IMG/VR virus record: IMGVR_UViG_3300046543_000266
Location: 62,001-126,000 of that record
Length of the DNA: 64,000 nucleotides
Direction: 5' to 3' (one strand)
Position numbers and translations under genes: made by a program
The notes under the pieces: generated by a model
Seen by the model: only the letters and a program-made list of their open reading frames with translations
Told to the model about the DNA's origin: nothing
The model's database searches: none
Part shown: positions 17,080 through 25,088 of the stretch, piece after piece
Layout of the letters: each line of letters opens with the position of its first letter
Numbering within the stretch: the stretch's first letter is position 1

Positions 17080-17736
17080 ATGAGCTTCAACTATCAAGCA
17101 ATCAAAGACGCCCTCAAAGAAGCTGGTCATCTCGTGTCCGAAGGCGAAGCGTGGGTGGCATCGGACTTCAGCGCGCTGTACCAGTTCGCGAAAGACAAGT
17201 TCGGCCTTCTGCATGACAAGGTCGCGTACGGTCTGGCCTTCCCGTCGGAACTGCCCACGGATTTCCCGGGCCATCCGAACGCCGGTGAAGAAGTCGTGGC
17301 CGTCGACACGAGCAAGCAAATCCAGCCGGTAGTCGTTCCGGCGGCGTCGACTGGTGTTACGTCGGTCGTGGACACCACGGACGCCAGCGTTCACGCAGCC
17401 ATCCTCGAAGCGCGCGTCGCTGCGGGTGTGCCGACTGGTCCGGCACCGGAAGCTGAAGCTGAAGAAGCCGCTCCGGTTGCTGACGAAGCTCCGGTTGCTG
17501 AAGAAGCCGCGGAACCCGTAGTCGAGCAACCGGCACCGGAAGTGAAGCAAGAAGCCGCTCCCGCTCCCGAAGTCAAGGAAGAAGTGAAGCAAGAAGCTGC
17601 TCCCGAAGTGAAGCAAGAAGCCGCTCCCGCTCCTGCTCCCGGAGTGAAGCAAGAAGCTGCTCCCACCCCACCCCCGGAAGTGAAGCAAGAAGCCGAGCAA
17701 GAGCAAGCTCCGTCCGACGACAAAGCGGCTGAGTAA
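17080..17736 (+). CDS. acidic Ala/Pro/Glu-rich protein with EVKQEAAP repeats
   Basis: AGGAG RBS; low-complexity repetitive C-terminal half. Confidence 0.75.
   Translation: MSFNYQAIKDALKEAGHLVSEGEAWVASDFSALYQFAKDKFGLLHDKVAYGLAFPSELPTDFPGHPNAGEEVVAVDTSKQIQPVVVPAASTGVTSVVDTTDASVHAAILEARVAAGVPTGPAPEAEAEEAAPVADEAPVAEEAAEPVVEQPAPEVKQEAAPAPEVKEEVKQEAAPEVKQEAAPAPAPGVKQEAAPTPPPEVKQEAEQEQAPSDDKAAE
17536..17697 (+). repeat. Imperfect coding tandem repeat (GAAGTGAAGCAAGAAGC units)
   Basis: Four near-exact copies encoding (E/G)VKQEA plus one EVKEE variant, with variable AP spacers. Confidence 0.8.
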
Positions 17737-17756
17737 TCCACCTGGAGTATAACAAC

Positions 17757-18149
17757 ATGGCAGTTAAGCTCATGAGTAATCGTGGGTCTTACTACCGTAA
17801 CGGCGTAGATGGGATCGGCGGGCGTAATCTGCCCGACGGCCTCATCTCGTGGATAGGCCTCACCGGGAAAGCCGGTGATGTTGCCTATCTGTCCGCTGCG
17901 GACTGTACGACTTCGAATAAGGTTGACCAAGGCTATTACTTCCAGTCGGTGGGTAGCTCGGTCACGGTAGATCGCACGCTACAGAACATCGGCATGGCCT
18001 GTGATCCGGATCCGGCTGTTCAGGCGGGCGTTCATTGGGTCAGCCCGACGGTGGTCGCACCCGGCGCAATCGTGCAGACGGCGGTCGCATTCGCAGCCAT
18101 CCGTATCACCTTTGCTGCGGACGGCGAATTCTACATCGTCGCACGCTAA
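17757..18149 (+). CDS. hypothetical virion protein
   Basis: 130-aa beta-rich ORF, GGAG RBS, directly before protease gene. Confidence 0.65.
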   Translation: MAVKLMSNRGSYYRNGVDGIGGRNLPDGLISWIGLTGKAGDVAYLSAADCTTSNKVDQGYYFQSVGSSVTVDRTLQNIGMACDPDPAVQAGVHWVSPTVVAPGAIVQTAVAFAAIRITFAADGEFYIVAR

Positions 18150-18159
18150 GGAGTAGGTC

Positions 18160-19017
18160 ATGCCACTACACGTTCCGAAGGCGTTTCAAAACGCGGGCGT
18201 CTCCACGTCCAAATCACAAGAGCGCGATCGCGTCTCGTACAACAAGAACCGTCTGCGGGCCAACGAACAAGGTATCGCGGATGCACTGAACACCAACGCA
18301 GTCGACACTCCGGTAACACAGGCACTCGAGACGTTCGAAGCCGAGAAGGAAATGGGTCGGATGAATGGCCTCGACTACGAGACGTGGTTGCCGTTCGCTG
18401 CCAAGCTGTACAAGATCAGCCCGCGCATCGAGGACTACATCATTGTCAACACGATGATCTGCCCGTCGGACATTCCGAATCGTAACGGCATCGCGTTCCC
18501 GGCCACGGAGCTCGCGAAGTTCCAGCCGCCGCCCACCAATCGCATGGCGTACAAAGCGTGGGCTGGCTGTCCTGTCCATCTCGAGCACGACAACGAAGTT
18601 CACGAGAAAGCCTATGGCGTGATTCTCGACGCCGCATTGACGAAAGTCTCGGGCTACGGTGGTGGCAAGCTGTGGAAGGTCATGGGGTTGCAGGCAATCG
18701 ACAAGAACAAGTATCCCGACATGGCGCAGAAGGTGTTGACGAAGGAAATCAACACCTACTCGATGGGAGCTCTGGTCGATTACTTCACGTGCGGCTACTG
18801 CGGACAGGAATGCAGCAGCAAGCGGGTGTGCGGTCACATCTCCAGTCCGGCTAACGTCAACTGGAAACAGTACCGTGACTTCGACGGTTCGTCGCATTTG
18901 GCGTTCCTGAACGCTCATGGCATTCAGCCGATCGAATGTTCCATCGTTGCTGACCCGGCGTGGGCTCCTGCTCTGTCCGACGAAGTCTTCGATCCGTGGG
19001 CCAACACCGGAGGCTAG
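18160..19017 (+). CDS. prohead (maturation) serine protease with Cys-rich insertion
   Basis: DIPNRNGIAF, VHLEHDN, YSMG, CGYC...C...CGH pattern of assemblin/HK97-type prohead proteases; lies upstream of scaffold and capsid. Confidence 0.7.
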   Translation: MPLHVPKAFQNAGVSTSKSQERDRVSYNKNRLRANEQGIADALNTNAVDTPVTQALETFEAEKEMGRMNGLDYETWLPFAAKLYKISPRIEDYIIVNTMICPSDIPNRNGIAFPATELAKFQPPPTNRMAYKAWAGCPVHLEHDNEVHEKAYGVILDAALTKVSGYGGGKLWKVMGLQAIDKNKYPDMAQKVLTKEINTYSMGALVDYFTCGYCGQECSSKRVCGHISSPANVNWKQYRDFDGSSHLAFLNAHGIQPIECSIVADPAWAPALSDEVFDPWANTGG

Positions 19018-19018
19018 C

Positions 19019-19669
19019 ATGGTCAAGCTCAATGCTGCGGCGCGACTCATTAACGCCGCAGGTCCGCATCCGGCTGCTACGCAATTCGCCGAGAAGCACG
19101 GCATTCCCATCTACAACGTGGACAACGCGATTGCTGCCAGCCGATTCGGGCTGGTAGTTGCCGAGATCGATAAGGCAGTACAATCGCTGTACGCTCGCGG
19201 GGTTCCCCGCAAGTCCATAAACGTCCACGAGATCAAGTTGATAAAGGGTAAGTCGTTCCCTGCCAACGGTTGGGATGCAGGTGGATTGTTTGAGGATCAC
19301 GACGGTTACGGAATCGTGTCTCTGGCTGCTGGCCAGAAGTTCGGTGACAGTCCGGTGCTCAAACCCGGTGGATGGGCAATAGCGGGCGCGTACATGAACG
19401 ATTCGGTACGCCACGAATTCGGTCATGGTCTGGTCCGATCGTTGATGACGTTCGGTGAAAACCCGACGATGCTTCGGAACGCGTATGTCCGCGAGAAGAG
19501 AGAACCGGGCGGTATCCAACCCAGACTGTCCAAGTACGCTGCTGAGAATGAGTACGAGTACTTCGCGGAAGCGTTTGCTGCGTTCATGCATCCGAAGTTC
19601 AAGACCAGCGGCATCAAGATCTACCCGCCGTTACTAGAAGTGTTCGAGAAACACTTCGGCGTCAAGTAA
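19019..19669 (+). CDS. zincin metallopeptidase (lethal-factor-like) with N-terminal LNAAARL tag
   Basis: VRHEFGHGL (HExxH) and LSKYAAENEYEYFAEAFAAF; GGAGG RBS before ATG 19019. Confidence 0.75.
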   Translation: MVKLNAAARLINAAGPHPAATQFAEKHGIPIYNVDNAIAASRFGLVVAEIDKAVQSLYARGVPRKSINVHEIKLIKGKSFPANGWDAGGLFEDHDGYGIVSLAAGQKFGDSPVLKPGGWAIAGAYMNDSVRHEFGHGLVRSLMTFGENPTMLRNAYVREKREPGGIQPRLSKYAAENEYEYFAEAFAAFMHPKFKTSGIKIYPPLLEVFEKHFGVK

Positions 19670-19695
19670 CAGTTGTTCCACCACGAAGTTCAAAC

Positions 19696-19730
19696 AGCCC
19701 CGCCCGACATCCCAGTCCGGCGGGGCTTTT
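19696..19730 (+). terminator. Intrinsic terminator
   Basis: AGCCCCGCC / GGCGGGGCT followed by TTT. Confidence 0.8.
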
Positions 19731-19835
19731 GACGTTCTGGCTTCAAATCCGCGCAGCACAAACCCCTCGGTCGTTCTGACCACGCAGCACAATCCCACCC
19801 CCTGCAACCTGCAAACCCACAGTTCCCGCAATCGC

Positions 19836-19842
19836 CATTTTA
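19836..19842 (+). promoter_or_regulatory. CATTTTA variant late-type promoter for scaffold/capsid operon
   Basis: One mismatch to AATTTTA; inside the palindrome GCCATTTTAATGGC; upstream of ATG 19912. Confidence 0.4.
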
Positions 19843-19911
19843 ATGGCTGAGCGAGTTTAGTTAGGACCGGTCCTTCATAAACTTGTTTCTTAACATCTCA
19901 GCGAGGAATCT

Positions 19912-21450
19912 ATGGCGATCGTCACCAAGAAGCGGAAAGTCGCAGCAGCGCGCGAAAGCACGTCGTTGCACTTTTCGAACGAAACCACCAAGGCGGTGGA
20001 AGAGAGCAAGCAGCCGCTGCTCAACCATCAAACGGCTGACACTCTGATCGATCCGGAAGACACGACGGACGATCAAGGTTCGACGCACTTCACGAACGAC
20101 ACGAAGTACAGCAAGAAGACGAATCGTCTGCACACCACTGCCGCGAAGAAGCCGGTTCTGGCGCTGGAAGTTCCCGAAGCGTTCGGCAAGAAGGTGCCGA
20201 AGGACGAGGCTCCGGCCGACGAAGCAACGGAAGCATCGCTCGACGACGTGGCTGCTGAAGACGACGGTTGCGAAACCGGTCTGCAAGACACGCAGCACAT
20301 GCCGAACGACATCGATCCGACGGAAGGCTACCTGACGACGGGTTCGGAAGAAGGCGACGACGAGTTCGACGAAGACCTCGAAGACGACGAAGACGAAATC
20401 GACGCCAGCGCCGAATTCGAAGAAGGCACCGGCACGAATCCCCAGTCACTGCTCGAAGCAGACGACGAAGAATGGGATCCGGACTCGGCAGTCGTTGCTG
20501 AATTCGGCGACGAAGACGGCGAAGACGAGTTCTCGGAAGAAGATGAATCGGAAGGCGAAGCTGAAGTCGAAGCCGCTCCGGCATCGGACGACGACATGTC
20601 GGTGGTCGACGTGGACGGTACGGACGACGAAGGCGACGACGTTGTGTTCGCATCGATCGGCCTGCAACTGCACGCCATCAAAGCCAACCGCATCATCGCA
20701 TCGATCGGCAAGAAGCGCGCGATCAAGGCCGGTCACGGCGACGTGTATCTGTCGGATCAGTTCCAAGACGTAGTGGGCGTCGAGATGTCGAAGCACGGTC
20801 TGCGCGCTGGTCTGCAGAAGATGGGCTTCGCACTCGCAACGTTCAACGTGGCGAAGAACGAAGTCGTGAACAAGCGCGTCGAAGCGAAGGCTGCCAAGGT
20901 CACGTCGGCTGTCCGTCGCACCACGCATCAGTCGAACGAAGCACTCGGCCAGTGCTTGGCGATCGCCGCTGTCGGTATCAACCGTCAGTACTTCAAGGAC
21001 GCACGCAACGAACTGCGCGCATCGCTCGAAGAAGAACTCGAAGCGGCTGGCGTTCGTGGCGCGTCGCGTCTCGTGCGCAAGGTGTTCGCATCGAAGGGCG
21101 TCGACTACGCGAAGGCGATTCTCACGCTGGCAAACAAGCTGGTGAACATGCCGGAAACGACGCGTAACCAGTTCGCGGCCGCTCTCGACATGACCAACGA
21201 CGGCGAGATCGAAGACGACGAAGACCTGTTCGCTGAACCGTCGGATCCGGAATTCGTTACGGCCGAAGGCGAAGACGAAGAATTCGACGACGAGTTCGAA
21301 GACGAAAACGACGCACCGAGTTCGGTCCAAGCTGCGCTGGCTCGCCCGGCAAGCAAGGTCCAACGCCGTGAGATCAACGCTGCGAAGACCGGTTACTCGG
21401 TCACCGCAATGGCGATCCTGTCGGGCAAAGCACCGCTGCCGTTCGCCTAA
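19912..21450 (+). CDS. prohead core/scaffold protein
   Basis: Extremely acidic 512-aa protein between protease and capsid genes; strong codon bias. Confidence 0.65.
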   Translation: MAIVTKKRKVAAARESTSLHFSNETTKAVEESKQPLLNHQTADTLIDPEDTTDDQGSTHFTNDTKYSKKTNRLHTTAAKKPVLALEVPEAFGKKVPKDEAPADEATEASLDDVAAEDDGCETGLQDTQHMPNDIDPTEGYLTTGSEEGDDEFDEDLEDDEDEIDASAEFEEGTGTNPQSLLEADDEEWDPDSAVVAEFGDEDGEDEFSEEDESEGEAEVEAAPASDDDMSVVDVDGTDDEGDDVVFASIGLQLHAIKANRIIASIGKKRAIKAGHGDVYLSDQFQDVVGVEMSKHGLRAGLQKMGFALATFNVAKNEVVNKRVEAKAAKVTSAVRRTTHQSNEALGQCLAIAAVGINRQYFKDARNELRASLEEELEAAGVRGASRLVRKVFASKGVDYAKAILTLANKLVNMPETTRNQFAAALDMTNDGEIEDDEDLFAEPSDPEFVTAEGEDEEFDDEFEDENDAPSSVQAALARPASKVQRREINAAKTGYSVTAMAILSGKAPLPFA

Positions 21451-21500
21451 TCCCCAGCCGGGTTTTAGCGCGGTTGCACAATCCGTACTTTTATAGTGAC

Positions 21501-21535
21501 GGTCCAGCGTAGTGGTTAAATCCTAACGCTGGACC
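21501..21535 (+). other. Intergenic stem-loop (mRNA processing/stability?)
   Basis: GGTCCAGCGT / ACGCTGGACC 10-bp stem with no U-tract. Confidence 0.5.
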
Positions 21536-21566
21536 GCACGCAAAACTTCCAATTGGAGAAGCACAC

Positions 21567-22268
21567 ATGTCTCTGTATCTTCCTTTCACGAAAGCAGTCG
21601 ACAGCACGGAAATGCTGACGGCTCCGGGTGCAGTCTTCACCGCTGAAGGTCAAGCACTCGTTCGCGCAGCCAGCGCTCCTGCTGCTGGCGTTCTTCCGGG
21701 CACTGGCGTTGCTGCCAACGACATCTTCGCGGGCTTCGCTCTCGCAGGTACGTCGGCACTGCCGTTCCCGGAATCGTACACCAACAAGGTGGAACAGTTC
21801 CTGGTTCCGGTGACGGGCGTGGTTACGCTGTCGCTCACGCCGGTGGCTGGTCAAGTGTTCCTGCATGACGACACGGCGGGCACCGCCAACACGGCACCGA
21901 CGGTGTCGGGCAAGCAAGTGACCGGTCTCACGGCTGGCAACCAAGTCACCATCACGTACAAGTACGCAGTCAGCGTCGTGCAAGCTCGCGCGCTGTTCGG
22001 CGACGTGCAACCGGGCGGTTACGTCGGCGCATACGTCGGCCAAATCGGCGTGGTCACGCGTGGCTCGATCTGGACGTCGGAATTCGACTCGTCGGCAAAC
22101 TGGGCGATCGCTGGTTCGGACGCATCGCATCAGATCGTCGTCGGCGCAAACGGCCAGCTCAAGCTCGGCACGGTCGGCACGAACGGCGTTGCAGTTCCGG
22201 GCGCATACGTGATCGGCGTTCCGGGTCAAGACGTGCCGTTCCTCGGCATCCGCTTCTCGGCTGCGTAA
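21567..22268 (+). CDS. capsid decoration/minor head protein
   Basis: Gly/Ala/Val-rich beta protein directly upstream of MCP; GGAG RBS. Confidence 0.55.
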   Translation: MSLYLPFTKAVDSTEMLTAPGAVFTAEGQALVRAASAPAAGVLPGTGVAANDIFAGFALAGTSALPFPESYTNKVEQFLVPVTGVVTLSLTPVAGQVFLHDDTAGTANTAPTVSGKQVTGLTAGNQVTITYKYAVSVVQARALFGDVQPGGYVGAYVGQIGVVTRGSIWTSEFDSSANWAIAGSDASHQIVVGANGQLKLGTVGTNGVAVPGAYVIGVPGQDVPFLGIRFSAA

Positions 22269-22290
22269 GCAACCAACAAGGCTTCTTAGT

Positions 22291-22329
22291 CCGGACGCGC
22301 ACTTCAGCATAACGCTACCGCGCATCCGG
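22291..22329 (+). other. Intergenic stem-loop before major capsid gene
   Basis: CCGGA..GCGC / GCGC..TCCGG with inner AGC-ATAAC-GCT. Confidence 0.4.
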
Positions 22330-22361
22330 GCTAATCACAAAACACGAAACGGAGTATCAAG

Positions 22362-23453
22362 ATGCGTACAAAAGTTAAGGTTCGTGCGTCCAAGACGCCG
22401 ATGGTGGCAGCCAGCGAGTATCGCTTCGACGGCGCGCTGACGGGTGAACGTGCAATCGGTCGCAACGGCGAAATCAACGCCAGCAACAAGCGTGACCTCA
22501 TCAACCGCCAAATGGCTTTCGTGCAAGCTGCTTCGAACGGCCAAGTCGCCGGCGATGCAGTGTTCGCTTCGGCAGAACAAGCAACGAAGGCTTCGAAGGA
22601 ACTCATCGCTGCTGCGTTCAACGACGGCGAAGCTCACCGCGTTCTGGGCGAGCGCATGGCTGATTCGCTGTACATCACGGCGAATCGCCAAGGCTTCATG
22701 CGCAAGTACCTGACCAAGATCACGGTCGAGCAGGGCGCAATCCCCCGCTTCCCGCTGCGCACGAAGAACGTGACGGCTGTGTACTCGACGTCGCCGACGA
22801 AGATCCAGTCGCAAATCACGCGCGACAAGTGGTTCACGCCGCCGGAACTGCAAGTGGTCACCCGTCCGTTCATTCCGATGAACGAACTGAACCAGTCGGC
22901 TGGCGACGTGCTGCAAGAAAAGTACGTGGAAGCAACGGAAGCCATCATGGTCGGTGAAGACCGCCTGTGGTACAACCAAGTGAACCAGATCGTCGGCGTG
23001 GACAACCCCCTGTCGATCATCTCTGGTCAGCTGACGCCGTACACGTTCGCGCAAGTCATGACCAACGTCACGCGTTGGGGCCTGAAGGCACCGCACGTCC
23101 TGATCGCCACGGACATCTATCAGGACATCATCGGTAACGCGGACTTCTTCAACGCGATCGATCCGGTTGCTCGCCACGAACTGCTGTTGACCGGCGAACT
23201 CGGCGTGATGTACGGTTGCACGATCACGTCGGACGCGTACCGTCACCCGGAGCACAAGGTGCTGAACCAAGGCGAATTCTTCGTGATCGCCGACGCTCTG
23301 AACCACGGCGCGTACTCGGATCGCGGCGGTCTGCAATCGCAGCCGACCGACATCTCGGTCGAGAAGATCCCGGGTCGCGGTTGGGTGATGTTCGAATCGC
23401 TCGCCGTGTCGGTTGCCAACAGCCGCTCGGTAGCAAAGGGCCTCCGTATCTAA
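22362..23453 (+). CDS. major capsid protein (HK97-fold, inferred)
   Basis: 363 aa, follows protease-scaffold-decoration; DIYQDII...ELGVMYGCTIT...GEFFVIA pattern typical of HK97-fold C-terminal half; strong codon bias. Confidence 0.8.
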   Translation: MRTKVKVRASKTPMVAASEYRFDGALTGERAIGRNGEINASNKRDLINRQMAFVQAASNGQVAGDAVFASAEQATKASKELIAAAFNDGEAHRVLGERMADSLYITANRQGFMRKYLTKITVEQGAIPRFPLRTKNVTAVYSTSPTKIQSQITRDKWFTPPELQVVTRPFIPMNELNQSAGDVLQEKYVEATEAIMVGEDRLWYNQVNQIVGVDNPLSIISGQLTPYTFAQVMTNVTRWGLKAPHVLIATDIYQDIIGNADFFNAIDPVARHELLLTGELGVMYGCTITSDAYRHPEHKVLNQGEFFVIADALNHGAYSDRGGLQSQPTDISVEKIPGRGWVMFESLAVSVANSRSVAKGLRI

Positions 23454-23473
23454 TACGGGAACGTCGAGTGATG

Positions 23474-23517
23474 CAGTATCAGGTAGCCGCATAAATGCAA
23501 AGTGCTACCTGATACTG
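23474..23517 (+). other. Perfect 14-bp inverted repeat downstream of MCP
   Basis: CAGTATCAGGTAGC / GCTACCTGATACTG. Confidence 0.7.
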
Positions 23518-23543
23518 TGTCTATCAAACGCACACAAGGAAAC

Positions 23544-23999
23544 ATGATGAAGACATACAATCGTGCTCTCGACTTCATGGCACTGGCTGCAGTCCAGTTC
23601 ACCAAGGGTCGTCCGCAAGTTGCAGCAAAGCTGATGGTCAAGGCCACGGCAAGCTCGGACTTCGCACAAGCCATCGCGATCATCGAAGCGTCGAACGGTC
23701 AAGCGTTCGCAGCCAAGGAAGCTGAAAAGGCCCGTCTGGCAGCCGCAGCCAAGAAGGTCGCAGCGAAGAAGAAGGTGAAGGCTTCGGAAGAAGACGAAGC
23801 CCTCGAATCGCTGGTCGGTGACCTCGACGAACTCGACACCGACGCGGGTGACGCAGTCGAAGACGAAGTTGAACTCGACGAAGTCGAAGCATCGGATGAA
23901 ACGGACGAGGAAGAAGACGCTGGCGACGACGAAGTCGAAGCACCGTCGGAAGCTTTCGCCTCGGCGCTGGCCTCGATGGTCAAGCGCGCCGCCAAGTAA
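23544..23999 (+). CDS. acidic head core-like protein
   Basis: Lys/Ala-rich then Asp/Glu-rich; AAGGA RBS before ATG 23544. Confidence 0.65.
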   Translation: MMKTYNRALDFMALAAVQFTKGRPQVAAKLMVKATASSDFAQAIAIIEASNGQAFAAKEAEKARLAAAAKKVAAKKKVKASEEDEALESLVGDLDELDTDAGDAVEDEVELDEVEASDETDEEEDAGDDEVEAPSEAFASALASMVKRAAK

Positions 24000-24023
24000 G
24001 TTCGCGCACGCGCAGTAAAAGAC

Positions 24024-24064
24024 AGAGGCCCGCCGGTGATTGTGCCGCCGGGCCTCTTCCGTTT
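24024..24064 (+). terminator. Probable intrinsic terminator
   Basis: AGAGGCCCG / CGGGCCTCT followed by TCCGTTT. Confidence 0.6.
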
Positions 24065-24090
24065 GTGCGGTATATTCCGGAGCTCTTCCT

Positions 24091-24759
24091 ATGTCGGAAA
24101 TGCAGGCAATCCAGACAATCGATCACATGGTGCTTGCTGGATTCCAACAGCGTTTCCAGCAAGTGTTCAACTGCCCCTGCCTGTTCATCAACGCTAACGA
24201 TAAGACGCGCATCCTGCAGAAGGTGTTTGGCGAAGGTCAGCCGATCACGTATCCGTATGCGTACTTCGTCGTTCAGTCGATGGGCGCTAACAATGAGTCC
24301 TACAACGCGCACGTGATGGCACGCCGCGGACTGGTTGTGAACGTAGCAGCGAATGACCTACTGCAGACGGTTCGGGTTGTGCCTACGAACTTCGTTATCG
24401 AGGTATCGTATGTCACCAACAAGTTCGAGTCGGTGGAACAGGGTTCGGTGTTAGCGTTCGTGCGTCGGTGGTTGCTGGCGCGACGGGTGGGTTACCTGAA
24501 GTTCAGCATCAACTACGGGCGACTGCAGTTTGGTATCAGTCACACGCTGGAAGAATCTGTGAACATCCCCCAACGGGAGAATGTCACTGAGAGCGAAACG
24601 TCTTACGTCATTACCACCTCCGTCACCACTCACGGTTACGTAAGTGAGCCGGTCCTTGGCCGACAAGGCAAGGTGACGGAAATCCGGCAGAACACCTCGG
24701 TTGGACTGCCCGGAACGGTAGTGTCCACGCAGTTTTCCGAGTTCCCGAAACAGTCCTAG
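24091..24759 (+). CDS. putative tail completion/terminator protein
   Basis: 222-aa ORF with GGAG RBS between capsid cluster and sheath; positional inference. Confidence 0.45.
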   Translation: MSEMQAIQTIDHMVLAGFQQRFQQVFNCPCLFINANDKTRILQKVFGEGQPITYPYAYFVVQSMGANNESYNAHVMARRGLVVNVAANDLLQTVRVVPTNFVIEVSYVTNKFESVEQGSVLAFVRRWLLARRVGYLKFSINYGRLQFGISHTLEESVNIPQRENVTESETSYVITTSVTTHGYVSEPVLGRQGKVTEIRQNTSVGLPGTVVSTQFSEFPKQS

Positions 24760-24770
24760 GAGTAAATCGC

Positions 24771-25088
24771 ATGGCTACGAAGGTTATCAATACCGGCCGT
24801 GTTCCTCTTCAAGTCGGCATCATTCTGGAAGACGGCACCAAGTCGTCTATCCGTGTGATGGGTCGCGGTCGTCCTGATCTGGCGGAAGGTGTGACCGTCG
24901 ATCCGAACTGGCTGGTACTGCACGGCGGCGACGTCCGTGTGGTGGAAGAGAAGTCGATTCAAGTGGCCGAAGTCGCCACGCAGATCGACAACACGAAGAA
25001 AGAAACGGCCCCGGCAGCAACGACTGCCACGCCGTCCACCGTCGAAACCCCGGCTGCGACCGTCACTGCTAAGGAGGACAAGCAATGA
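24771..25088 (+). CDS. hypothetical virion protein
   Basis: AGGAG RBS; ATGA overlap with the sheath gene. Confidence 0.65.
   Translation: MATKVINTGRVPLQVGIILEDGTKSSIRVMGRGRPDLAEGVTVDPNWLVLHGGDVRVVEEKSIQVAEVATQIDNTKKETAPAATTATPSTVETPAATVTAKEDKQ

Noticed and set aside
17536-17697. Regularly spaced repeats that could mimic a CRISPR array
   Set aside because: In-frame coding repeats with short Ala/Pro spacers of variable length; no leader and no cas operon.
19738-19752. TTCAAATCC resembling a tRNA T-loop
   Set aside because: No T-stem pairing and no acceptor, D or anticodon arms around it.
23451-23460. TAATACG, the start of a T7-type promoter
   Set aside because: The match stops after 7 nt; it is the MCP stop codon within a small hairpin.
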